64,000 nucleotides of DNA from Amoebophrya sp. A120 (taxonomy: Eukaryota; Protista; Dinoflagellata), in NCBI GenBank assembly GCA_905178155.1, contig CAJINV010000023.1:293874-357873 (forward strand). The letters run 5' to 3'. Within the stretch, counting starts at the first letter, position 1, and every line of letters begins with the position of its first letter. The translations under genes and the position numbers were made by a program. Under the pieces are notes generated by a model. The model did not search any database. It was given only the letters and a program-made list of their open reading frames with translations, and was not told the DNA's origin. Positions 14,601 through 26,003 of the stretch are shown here, in pieces.

Positions 14601-15629
14601 GGACGCTTTGATAAAATGCTACGCAGTGTTTGCGCACGACTTTCACGAGCGGCGCAAGCGAATAGTAGACAAGCCACCATCGCCTACTTTTTCAGCTAGC
14701 TCCGACGAGGAGGGGGAAGAAAGTCGGTTCTTGATTGCTCCCCCCACCACTTTTTCCGGATTGATGCAGGCTGCGGTGAGGTTCGTGACAAGTACAAGAT
14801 CGACACGGGGAAAAATGCAATTGACTGCACCGCACGGACAAGAGCCAGGGGTTGCTTCTGCGGCTGGCCCCCGCGGACTACAGAGAAGTCGTCGCGAAGA
14901 CATGCGATTTGCGGAGAAGCTGCAGCGGTTTCGGAACGCAACGAGAATAAATCCCAAAACTTTCTTTCCACCGGAAAGCAAGAGAAGCAACAAGCTAGAG
15001 CTTTGGGACGATAGCCGGGGCACGGTGGTGGAAGTATTTGCAAAGAACAGCGCGCAAAACAACTCGTCTGCTGAAGCGATAGGATCTTCGCCCAAGTCTC
15101 CGTCTAGAGATAAATCATCATCTTGGGGCACGTGGTATCCATTGGAGGAAAGGTATCGTGCTAGTACACGTCACATGTCGATAAATTTTCCAAGAAGGAA
15201 AGGTGAAATGCTTGCTGCTGAGTTAAGCAGTGGGAAACCAGATCTGTCATGCTTATGCTGTACTGGAACTGATAACTACTACATCTACAATTGGTACGGG
15301 CACGATACTTGTTTTGCCTTGGACACGTGGCAAATGCGGCGCGCTTCCTGTGCTCGGTTTGCCCAAATGGTGGCATCAACAGAACTATGACTTGCAAAAG
15401 CATCGCACTCGTATAAATGCGTATACAAATTTTCTCAGCGTGAGAAATAAAATTTGTGATGCGGATTTACCTTGACACAAAAATTTGTAAACCATGATTG
15501 CAATTACTACGAGTACTATATTTTTGCACAGGATAGGAACGCAGAGTCACATGGAACTGGCAGAGTCTCGCGCTTTGGCTCAAGTACGCAATGTCTGCAG
15601 AAATGCTCGCTGTAGGACAGTGGAGATAG
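11609..15629 (+). CDS. Probable GT-A fold glycosyltransferase (nucleotide-diphospho-sugar transferase-like) with N-terminal membrane anchor; multi-exon
   Basis: Removing 11761-11951, 13228-13445 and 15385-15539 joins the ORFs. Basic residues then a hydrophobic N-terminus; motifs FLLDAD, LNGGFLFVK, DQAAFAHLL and AVHLKG in the expected order. Junctions between 13596 and 14090 are unresolved. Confidence 0.6.
11761..11951 (+). mobile_element. Non-canonical intron / introner, degenerate family B
   Basis: DR TTCC; 3' end CGATACTTTTGCACAGGATA; removal gives GCSLP-LQSPC in frame with the 12031 ORF. Confidence 0.75.
13228..13445 (+). mobile_element. Non-canonical intron / introner, degenerate family A
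   Basis: CTGGGTCTGGAA ... GACCCAGACA; removal gives PHC-LLRLNGGF. Confidence 0.7.
15385..15539 (+). mobile_element. Non-canonical intron / introner, family B
   Basis: TIR TGCAAAAGCATCGCACTCGTA / TACGAGTACTATATTTTTGCA; DR AGAAC/GGAAC. Confidence 0.8.
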
Positions 15630-15809
15630 TACGGCGAGGCCGGGTCAGATATCAATTTTTTCACACCGAGAGCACAGAGCAATATGGGATCAACCGCAAA
15701 GGACATCGAAAAAAGGTTGTAAAAAATTGATGCACCTTGCGCGATAAACTAATACCCAGGGCTTCAGTGATCTAAATCAAAATCATCCGAGACGCACTTC
15801 CATTCATCT

Positions 15810-18310
15810 TGTCGAACAGTAATAACTATAGCCTAATTTTGTTCGAGCGAGAAAATATTTTCGACAGGTGCGATTTTTTGGTCCAAAATCTTCAACAAAG
15901 AAAAAACCAACCACTTGCCGCACAGTATGACGCGTTTCGTCGATGCCGCCGGAGGGGTAGCGGAGGCCAAGTGGCGACCAGTAGTAGTCCAATTTACGTC
16001 GTGCGAGAAAATGTTCTCGCGAGTTGTGATTTTTTGGTCCAAAATCCGCACCAGCGCAAAACATATGCTTTCCGCATGCTGCTCTGGTTTAGTTGGACCT
16101 CCTCGAGGCCTCCGCTGCCCCTCCGTAGTCTGGACCAATGTCTACCATAGCATGCCGATTCAATGCGTTTTTGATTTCGGCCTCAAAATGATGAAAAGCT
16201 ATGCCCAAATCAACAACAACATTCGCCGCATGGTACGGCGAGTTTGGTCGAGGCCGCCGGAGGGGTAGCGGAGGCCAAGTGGCGAGCAGTAGTAGTCCAA
16301 TTTAGGTCGTGCGATAAAGTATTATCGCGAGGTGCAATTTTTTGGTCAAAAAGCCGCATCAACGCAAAATATATGTTTTCCGCACAGTACTCTGATCCCG
16401 ACTGATCTCCTCGTAGCCTCCGCTGCCCCTCCGTCGCCTGGGCCAAAGTTTATCGTAGCATGCGGAAGACATGTTTTTCCAATTTCGGTTTGAAGATATT
16501 GAAAATCGAGCCCCAAAACAAAAAGAACCTTTGCCGCATGGTACGGCGCGTTTGGTCGAGCCCGCCGGAGGGGTAGCGGAGGCCAAGTGGCGACCAGTAG
16601 TAGTCCAATTTAGGTCGTGCGAGAAAATGTTCCCGCGAGTTGTCATTTTTTGGTCCAAAATCCGCAACAACACAAAATAACCATTTTCCCCACGCTTCGC
16701 TGATTTCGCCGGACCTTCCCAACCCCTCCGCTGCCCCTCCGCAGTCTAGGCCAATGTCTACCACAGCATGCGGGATACGGGTTTTTTTGATTTTGATTTC
16801 AAATTGTTGAAAATCGACCCTGAAATCAAAAACAACATTCGCCGCATGGTACGGTGCCAGTGGTCGAGCCCGGCGGAGGGGTAGCGGAGGCCACATGGCA
16901 GAAAGTAATTGTCCAATTTAGGTCGTGCAAAAAAATACTTTCGCGCATTGTGATTCTTTGGGCCAAAATCCGCAACAAAACAAAATAGTCATTTTCCCCA
17001 CGCTACGCTGATTTCGCCGGACCTCCCCGACCCCTCCGCTGCCCCTCCGTAGTCTAGGCCAATGTCTACCACAGCATGCGGAATAGTGGTTTTTTTGATT
17101 TTGATTTTAATTTGTTGAAAATCAACCCTGAAATCAAAAACAACATTCGCCGCATGGTACGGCGCCAGTGGTCGAGCCCGGCGGAGGGGTAGCGGAGGCC
17201 ACATGGCAGAAAGTAATTGTCCAATTTAGGTCGTGCAAAAAAATACTTTCGCGCATTGTGATTCTTTGGGCCAAAATCCGCAACAAAACAAAATAGTCAT
17301 TTTCCCCACGCTACGCTGATTTCGCCGGACCTCCCCGACCCCTCCGCTGCCCCTCCGTAGTCTAGGCCAATGTCTACCACAGCATGCGGAATAGTGGTTT
17401 TTTTGATTTTGATTTTAATTTGTTGAAAATCAACCCTGAAATCAAAAACAACATTCGCCGCATGGTACGGCGCCAGTGGTCGAGCCCGGCGGAGGGGTAG
17501 CGGAGGCCACATGGCAGAAAGTAATAGTCCAATTTAGGTCGTGCAAAAAAATACTTTCGCGCATTGTGATTCTTTGGGCCAAAATCCGCAACAAAACAAA
17601 ATAGTCATTTTCCCCACGCTACGCTGATTTCGCCGGACCTCCCCGACCCCTCCGCTGCCCCTCCGTAGTCTAGGCCAATGTCTACCACAGCATGCCGATT
17701 AGTGTTTTTTTTGATTTTGATTTCAAATTGTTGAAAATCGACCCTGAAATCAAAAACAAGATTCGCCGCATGGTACGGCGCCCGTGGTCGAGCCCGGCGG
17801 AGGGGTAGCGGAGGCCACATGGCAGAAAGTAGTAGTCCAATTTAGGTCGTGCAGAAAAATACTTTCGCGCATTATGATTTTTTGGGCCAAAATCCGCAAC
17901 AAAACAAAATAGTCATTTTCCCCACGCTACGCTGATTTCGCCGGACCTCCCCAACCCCTCCGCTGCCCCTCCGCAGTCTAGGCCGATGTCTACCACAGCA
18001 TGCGAAATAGTGGTTTTTTTGATTTCGGTTTGAAAATATTTAAAGTCGATGCCCAAACCACAAACAACATTTGCCGCATACTATGGCGTGTTTGGTCGAG
18101 CCCGCCGGAGGGGTAGCGGAGGCCAAATGGCAACCAGTAATATGCAGAATTTAGGTCGTCATAAGAAATACTTTCGCGAGTTGTAATTTTTTGCACCAAA
18201 ATCCGCAACAAAGCAAAGTAGTGACTTTCCCCACGCTGCTCTGGTTTTGGCGGACCTCCTCGGAGCCTCCGCTGCCCTTCACTGCCTAGTCCGGACCAAT
18301 GTCTACTACA
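15810..18310. repeat. 308-bp satellite, array 3 (about 8 units)
   Basis: Core at 15951 and then every 308 bp to about 18107; units at about 16875-17800 are near-identical. Confidence 0.95.
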
Positions 18311-18758
18311 ACGTTCTCGTGAGATCGTATCGACTTTATTTCAGCAAAAAGTAGGAAGACTGAGGCTGTCGCAGGGATTTGTTATATTCTCGATTCGTGG
18401 TGGTCTAGAGTAGCGCACGAGTTGTGTCTTTGTCCTTTCGTGCTCGATCGACTCGTCTTTTGAATCCAGTCGCACTACCAGTCGTCAGTTTGTAACCCCG
18501 TCAGTTGGGTATGGGTAAGTCATTCACTCACTCAGTCATGATACCACTTCCATTCCTGCGATCTGTACATGCATCGTTGCTTCGACATCGAGTCGTTTTG
18601 CGTGGGTGTCCTCGCGGTTTCGTTTTCTTGTGAAAAGTTTATTCTGGTTTTCTTTCTGCAGACACGAAAAAATTTGAAAGCCATAGATGACATCATAGCT
18701 TCCGCTTCGAAGAGCAAAAGTACCTAGGAGTTCTTGTGCTTCAAATACTAATGTTGCT

Positions 18759-21721
18759 GTGATAATTCCATCGAGTTTAAGTTTTTCGTTTTTTTCCAGC
18801 AGTGGTGCAAAGTATAACGGCAAGAGAATCAGAATGTCTTTCGCCCCTCCTTTCGGGATACACCACCTTGCATTCGTGGCGGTCTCGGTGTTGCATGTGA
18901 CACATTCTCTCGGGCGAGCATTGCCGAGCATGTTGCGGGAACTGCAGTTGCAGTTGGAGGCTTCTCGTAACGACCCCACTCCCAACAACCTGTCGTCTCA
19001 CCTGGCTCGTTTCGTGCGGAACGTGCCACAGGTCGTAGCCTACGACGCACTCTACGCGGACGGTGCGCTCCGCACCGGAGTACACACGGGAGCAGTGGAG
19101 CTGTGTTGCCATTTCTTGGTCGACCTCTACGTGGTTACCTACCTGACCGGAAAATTTCTGGGCCTTTTTGGTGCGGATCCACAGTGGCACGTTCCGGTCT
19201 GGCGTCTCGCGTCCGCCGACGAGGTGTGGCTTGTCTGCCTGCCGTTCGTTGCGCTGCAAATAACCGCGAATACCATTCCCGGTGAGATGTACGTTGCACT
19301 GACGGTCTTGGCTGCTTGGCAGATTGCAATGATTGTCTTGCTGCTTTTGATCATGTATCGAGAGCAGTACGAACAACGAATCGCACTTGCGCCTTCAGCG
19401 GAGGAGCCAACAGCAAGCCACTGCAATCGTGAGCACGGCGCGGCTGGTGACGCTGGTCAAGTGCAAGAGCGAGTTGATCAGCGCGATGAGTCGGATGCTG
19501 CGCTTGCGAGTCAAGCACAAGATGAACGTGTCCATCATTGTCCTGGCCGGAAAATAAGCGTGCCGCGCATCATCATGCTGCCATACCTCGCTCATCCATT
19601 TACTTCTAGGCAGGCTCTTGTCTTGGCACTGGTCGCGGTAATTTGGTGCTGCCTTTTCAGCGTCAGGACGAAGCCGACGAGCTCATTTTGCTGTGGCCGT
19701 TCGTCTCCGCTGGTACCACTCTGCTTCCTGCACTTGCAGCCTCTTTACAAAGAAACCTGAACTTCGATCTGCTGCTGTTGGTTCTGTGCTACACGGTCAC
19801 GAGTGTTTTTTCGGGTCACCATGCGGACTTTTGGTATTGCCTGCAACGCGCCCTTCTGCCGTTTGCGATCGACATCCACGCTAGCAGCTGCGAAGTTGCG
19901 GGTGTTATTTCCGCATCGCGATTGCTTCTGGCGCGGATTGAAAGGCGTGTGGGACGCTTTTTCGGCGAAGCGCGCAAGACCTTTTTGCTTGCCAAGGACA
20001 GCCGCCGGACGCCAATGGCTTTCGTACGCTTCAGCGACCTTGCGGACCGCACCATCGTCGAAGGCCATTGTCAAGCTGATCGCCTGGCTGCGCCGGGCGG
20101 GAACGAAGCTGAATTGTTGCGACTGGCAGCCGAGGTTCTCGGCTGCCTGACTGCCCGCGCGGATCTCGTGCGCGACCTTGACGCAGAAAATAGTCCGTTC
20201 CTGCATGTCGATCCGAATCCCCCAAGGATAGATGGCTGGAACATCGGCAACCGTTACCGGGTAGTTTTTCGGCTAGAGGTGCTAATGGCCAAGCCGCGCG
20301 GCCGACACGCGCAGGAAGGCTCCGGTGAGACAAAAGCGCTAGAGATACGAATCTACTCTAGCGGCAGAGCCGTGGTTACTCTGGATGGCGAAAAACACGG
20401 GTGCGCCGGGACAATAGCGATGTGGACGCCATCACATTTGCGTCTTTGTGAAAAAGGCGAGCGCAAGTACATAGAATCTTTTTGCTGTGATGCAGTTTCG
20501 ACGAGAGGCATTGTACTTTTTAATCTTGGAGTTCTTCCGCTTCTTGTTAAAACGCAATCATGAAAATAAAAAGGATTGATGCAACAATACGACCCACTTC
20601 AAATTTATTCTTGACAAAACTGATCCACCAGGTGGTTGCATTTCTGGGGGGTCCCCAACAATGCGGAAGAGTACGAGCGTGGACTTGACAAGCCAATCAA
20701 GATGTGTCTCGCATATGCTGCTGAGCACGTGGGCTTGGGCACACCCGCTTCTGCAGGCAGCACCAACGAAATCGCACGGTGCGACGAGACGAACGCTATT
20801 GAGTTGTACATCCTACCGCCTTTCCGTCCCCGAGAATACGACGACATCAGCAGCGCGCCGATGGAAAGAGACATGCAAGTTTTTGGAGCACGATCTCGGC
20901 AATGCAGAGAACTTCTCTGCTTTCGCGATGCTGTTGCGCGTTTCCGACGACGATACTCCTGCTCTATGAACTCCTCGATGGATTCGGACGCAAACGGCTT
21001 TCAAGGCTTCGACGCGGCGAACCCCGTCCTTCTTCAGTACTACTACGACACAGTACTTTCAGAAGACCCCCCCTTCGACTACGACAGGACATTGAGAAGC
21101 TACCTTTTTCCATACCGAAGGTACCACGACTACCCGCCGTACCACGAGTACAAACGAGAGCCAGACCCGCGCTATTACCGTTCGCCCGTCTCCGCAGATG
21201 ATCAAGCACGATCCGTTTCGCTGGCACGCGAGCTCCGCAGCAAGAGTGCTTGGCTCACGGCTGCCTACTACGTGCTGGCAAGCGAACACCGCAGGCTGCT
21301 GTTCTTCCCCGAAGACCAAGGTGAAAGTTTTCCAGGTCTCGAGCAAACCTCCGACGGCCCGGAAGTGGCGGAGAGGGAGAAGCCGGACGGAACAGACTTC
21401 GAAGCGCCGGAAGAGGACGACGACAGCATTATGAGCGACACGGAGGAATTCGGGCACGACGCGAGCGAAGAGGAGGCGGAATCCGAGCTGGTGGAAGCCC
21501 ATCAAGCATCGGACCGCGAGCAGCACACGGTTGATTTCGAGGTCAAGGTCATTATTCGTGCGGAAGACGCGGCCGGGGGCTCCAGCAAAATCGAGCCTAC
21601 AAAAGGGACTAGTGGACGGGTTCCACTACAAAAATTACTACAAGTACACGTAGTACAACTACGTGCCACGACGAACGTAGGACGTCACCGACCGAGGTTG
21701 GAGCTCCTGAAGTTTCTCTGA
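18759..21721 (+). CDS. Uncharacterised multi-pass membrane protein, paralog 2
   Basis: Three long ORFs. A GA-AG intron at 20425-20631 sits at the same codon as the intron of paralog 1. The frame change near 19600-19700 is unresolved (intron or frameshift). Confidence 0.7.
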
Positions 21722-22650
21722 AGAACTAAATCACAACTACTTATCCCAGGAGACGCATTGAAGACGTCATTATAACTGAGGCAGAATCTGGTTCTTGAGC
21801 CGAGAAATAGCAGAAGAAAAAAAGATCCCAGCAGAATGTTGCGAATCCTCGGTCTCGCTTCCTTTCTATAGCTTCAGGACTGGTGAAAGAAATTAAAAAA
21901 CTCAAATGCAGCGCTACGGCAACAAAACCTCTTTCATTCTTCCGTCACTGTGTCTGGGCGTGGCGTCAAATATCCAACGCCCCAAATAGGCGATCCTTTG
22001 CAATTTCATCACTATAAATCTATCTTCGGGTATTGTGGACATATGATCCGGAAAAGAAGGAAATTAGCAACGCATGACGTGCTGATGAGCGAGCAAGGAT
22101 CAAGTGAAGAGATCACGTTCTAGTACTTGTACTACGCCAAGAATGACAACACTATAACAACATGAATCACGAAAATGATGCCGCTGGTTATCCTAGTGAT
22201 CAACGTCGCAATAGTCAAGGCCTGAGCTAGCCAAATAGGGCGAAATCACGCACAACAGTGCCGGCATTCCGAGCGCGAGCAGATCACAGGCATTGATTAC
22301 TACTTCGCGCTGCAAGAACAACAAGAATAAACAGCCTCAACCTCTTACAAAAATTGACTCTGAACAGATTACGACTAGTTTGACTCGTCAAAGCCGAGTA
22401 AACCTACGTCCTCCTATTTCTCGGTCTAACTTTATCGGCTATAAAGCCTCTCTCGACACGGACACGGATACAAACATCAAGCAAGTGTGCGTATCTACAT
22501 CAAAATTTTGAATCGATTTGAATTTTACAGCTACATTCACAGTCGATTTAGTTGACGTCAGTTTTTTCCATGGATACTCCAGAAAACATGCCTTTTCGCA
22601 AAGGAGTCCTCCCGCAGGACCGGGCGCTGGCGAAAACAAGAGCCAATTTC

Positions 22651-25600
22651 ATGCTGGTCCTGGGTCTGCTTGTGTGTATGCTTCCGACGTCGCACGGTCT
22701 ACTCGCGGCGCCAGGTCAACATGGAGGTCGAGGACGTGCCTTAGCTTCATTGTCCTCTGACGCATCACACGAGGACCATGCAGGACGATCCCGCAGCCGC
22801 AGCCGCACGCCGCCACGTGGATTGCGGCCGCAGGAAGACCACCCCGCAGCCGCACGACAGCAGGTGCAGGCTCTTGTGATTGGTGAACACCACGATATGC
22901 CGCTCGCAGACCCTCTTCGTTGGATGTTGCGAAAACTCGCGGAGGAAAAGCAAATCGAGTTATTCGAGGGAGGTACACTGGTGGCTGAGGATGACCCGGA
23001 CGGCGAATTACATTCGTTTCAGATGGAAACCGCGTCGTTTTCTATTGTAGCCCTTGGTGGGAGGCCCGACGGCCCTTGGGACCCAAAGATACCTTCAGCG
23101 CTCGCAGAAGCTGCAAGAAGAAGCTCCGTGCTCGAAAGGTTCCTACAGGGCCTCCGAGATGGCAAAACAAACGCGGAAAAAAAAGACCTCTTGCAACTTG
23201 CAAATCAGGCGATGTTGCGGAAAATTAAAAATCTCCCCGGGGGGAACGATAACGATAACGAAGGTGGGCAGCAGCACGGGGTCCTCAGCGGCGGTTCCGC
23301 TAGTAGCGGGGAAGACCCTTCTTCACGCTGGACATTCGTCTCTGGCTCAGGCTTCACAAACATGGACGAACCAGGCTCCGGCTTCACGGAGAATGATTAT
23401 CATTTGGTAAGACGCCCCGACCCCAGAGTTGTAATGCAAGTCTGCATGCTGAGAATGTTTCTCATGCGAAGACCCATGAGAAGCAGTTTCTAATCGTGTT
23501 TTGGGATTTGTGATGCTAGAATCAGCACGTTATGCTAGATCTGTGATGCTGCTGAACAAGCTAAACCGGATTACACTACGATGCCAAACTTGTCATGCGC
23601 AACAGCAAAAGCTGACAGATCTGTCTAGCAGATTTCGCATCTCCACTCTGGTGTGGGGACGTTTTTACTCAGAATAATGATGTGCAGTTGCTCATGGAGG
23701 AGTTAAGGTTCAGCGTCGGTGTAGTACCATCCGTGGTCCACCCCGGAGAAGATGTTGCCGATAGCGGACGACCCAAATCGACGCAGCTAAAACCACGCAG
23801 TGACGCCGATATTTATTTACTATCGCAAGGGCGCCGGACCTTCAGGGAGCTGATTGACGGGTTCATCTCGGAGATGAACCTCCACACGAGTAGAGCCTCA
23901 CCGCTGAATCGCGAGCAGCATGGGCTTGAAGATTTTGTCGGAATATTGAATAGGTGCCTCGGACTCGAACAGCGCGGATTGCTTGAAAGCGATCCAGCAG
24001 AACGGGAACGGCAACTTGCCCAGCTCGTCTCGGAGAGACTTGCCGAGGGACCTGATTTGATGGAATGTTTGTCCAAAGACCTCAAAGAAGTGCCCGGCCG
24101 CGTGGCGCTGCTGATGGCGGGACTACAGGCTATCCGGGAGAAATATGGCATTGTTCTCAACTGTTACATTCTCAACTGTAGTTACACGGATTTGTCATGC
24201 AAAATTGCCATCGCCCTCGACTTGATCAAGGTGCTTAGCATGACAAAAAATTTTCGAAGGGCTAAGCAGCATGATATTAATCGGTGGAAAATCTGTAATG
24301 CGAGAGCTACGAAAATCTTGCCACTTTCACTGTTGCTGTAGTTCCTGCATATACAAAAATCCATGTAAAAACCGTTGAGAGTGTAAAAACATTTGAGAAC
24401 GCCATGAGAAGCTGGCAGAAGAGGTTTGCGAGAAATATTTTTCAGACCAGAAGACAGACGGCCGCGGGGGCTCTCGCTCTGCCTCAGCATCCGCGGCCGG
24501 AACCTCGTCGCGTTATAATTCCTGGCCACAAAACTGGCCTGCGCAAGACCGGCTCTCCGAAGGGGAGCAGCTCCAGATTCGGTTGCTGTGCAGAAAAGGC
24601 ATTTACAAAGAAGAGCTCACTCTTGGCAAAGACGATAGCAACAGGGGTGGGAAAGGTCTTTTTACGAAGACGAGAAACCTCGTTTGGATTCTGCGCGTGC
24701 TGGACAAGTGGGCCAAGCAGGGCGAGCTTCACCAAGTAGAACGTCGGGGTGCTTGGTATCCTGAGTAAAAACGTACCCATACCAGAGTTGTAATGCAGAT
24801 TTGCAAAGACAGGAAGACTTGTAATGCGCATCCCCATGAGAGCCATTTCCAGTCGTGTTTTGGAATTTGTGATGCTGTGAACAGGGTGAGCAGATGAATC
24901 TGTGGCGCGGCTGCACTTGCTAACCTGCACTGCGCTGCATAGTGCAACTTGTCACGCGTGACTCACCCTTGTCATGCGTGACTAATGTCCCGCCCGCAGG
25001 AGCGCAGTCTGTTTATGTCATGCGTGACTCACAAAACTCCTAGGTTTGTGCTGCAAAATCCCCATCCTGACTCTGGTGTGGGTACGCTTTTACTCAGGAC
25101 ACTTGGTCGCGGTTCCTTAGTACGGGTCGACGGTCGTCCCACGCGAAACTCGTCCTTCCGAAGGTCTTTGTCATGGGCAAAACGCACGTATCGCACTTCA
25201 AGCGCCGGCTACAGGAAGCGCGCCCCGACTTGCAAATCCAGGTTGCGGAGCTGAGCAGCGAGCGTGTCTGTCTGTCGGACATGTCGGACGTGTCGAACGA
25301 ATTCATCAGATCAATTTACTTGACCTCGGGCCCTTTCTACAAACAGTGGTCCGAGCTTGGGCGCGAGCTTGATTCATCTCAAAAAGGCCTTGCAACAATA
25401 TCAAATGTAAAAATGTCTGGGTCTGGAAGCATGCAACTTGTGACGCTGCGTCTGGATTCTACAAAAATCTTTATTGTATGAAAAGCAAAAGAGGTTCAGT
25501 CTTTGCCACGCCGAGAGGGTATTTCTCATGCGCTATAGGCATCAGGAGGCCCTCACAAAATCTGTGATGCTAGGGCATGCATCAGCATCACAAACATCAG

Positions 25601-26003
25601 AACTCATGCAAAATGTGCACGACAAACCTTGCATCCTTCCAGACCCAGACACTTCTGCATTTGATAAACAGAACTGTTGGACGAAATCCGAGAGAATATC
25701 CGGACACAACAAGAAGATGAAGATGAATCCGACGATAAATTCGAACATGAAGAATCCAGACATGAATCCGTTGTCGCTTCGAGTTTGAAAAGTAAATTCT
25801 TGGAATTTGTTCGCGAGACGAAAACAAGTGCTAGTGCAGAAGATGAGCTAGAAGGTGTGCTGAACTGGAGCCGGTGGGAGTATGTTAAGGACGGCAGGCT
25901 TGTGCACTGGTCAAACGCCGAGGGATTGATAGCGGTTCTCCGATTCCTGGCGACTAACGTCAAGACAAAAAATCCAGGCTGCAGCAACTGCGCCGTGATG
26001 TGA
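22651..26003 (+). CDS. Signal-peptide protein with TraB/TIKI/ChaN/EreA-like motifs; 5 exons
   Basis: Removing four DR-flanked inserts gives one open frame ending CSNCAVM*. Signal peptide MLVLGLLVCMLPTSHG; motifs LVIGEHHD, LVAED, RNLVW, VFVMGKTH. Family call is by eye only. Confidence 0.7.
23397..23680 (+). mobile_element. Non-canonical intron / introner, family C
   Basis: DR ATGAT; 3' TIR ACTCTGGTGTGGGGACGTTTTTACTCAGAATA; join END-VQLL. Confidence 0.85.
24143..24410 (+). mobile_element. Non-canonical intron / introner, singleton type
   Basis: DR AGAA; TIR TATGGC..TTCTCAA / TTGAGAA.GCCATG; join IREK-LAEE. Confidence 0.8.
24756..25105 (+). mobile_element. Non-canonical intron / introner, family C
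   Basis: DR CTTGG; TIR TCCTGAGTAAAAACGTACCCATACCAGAGT / ACTCTGGTGTGGGTACGCTTTTACTCAGGA; join GAW-SRFL. Confidence 0.9.
25398..25670 (+). mobile_element. Non-canonical intron / introner, family A
   Basis: DR AACA; 30-bp family A TIR; join GLAT-ELLDE. Confidence 0.9.

Noticed and set aside
9333-18211. Many repeated short ORFs in the 308-bp arrays
   Set aside because: By-products of satellite periodicity, interrupted by stops in each unit.
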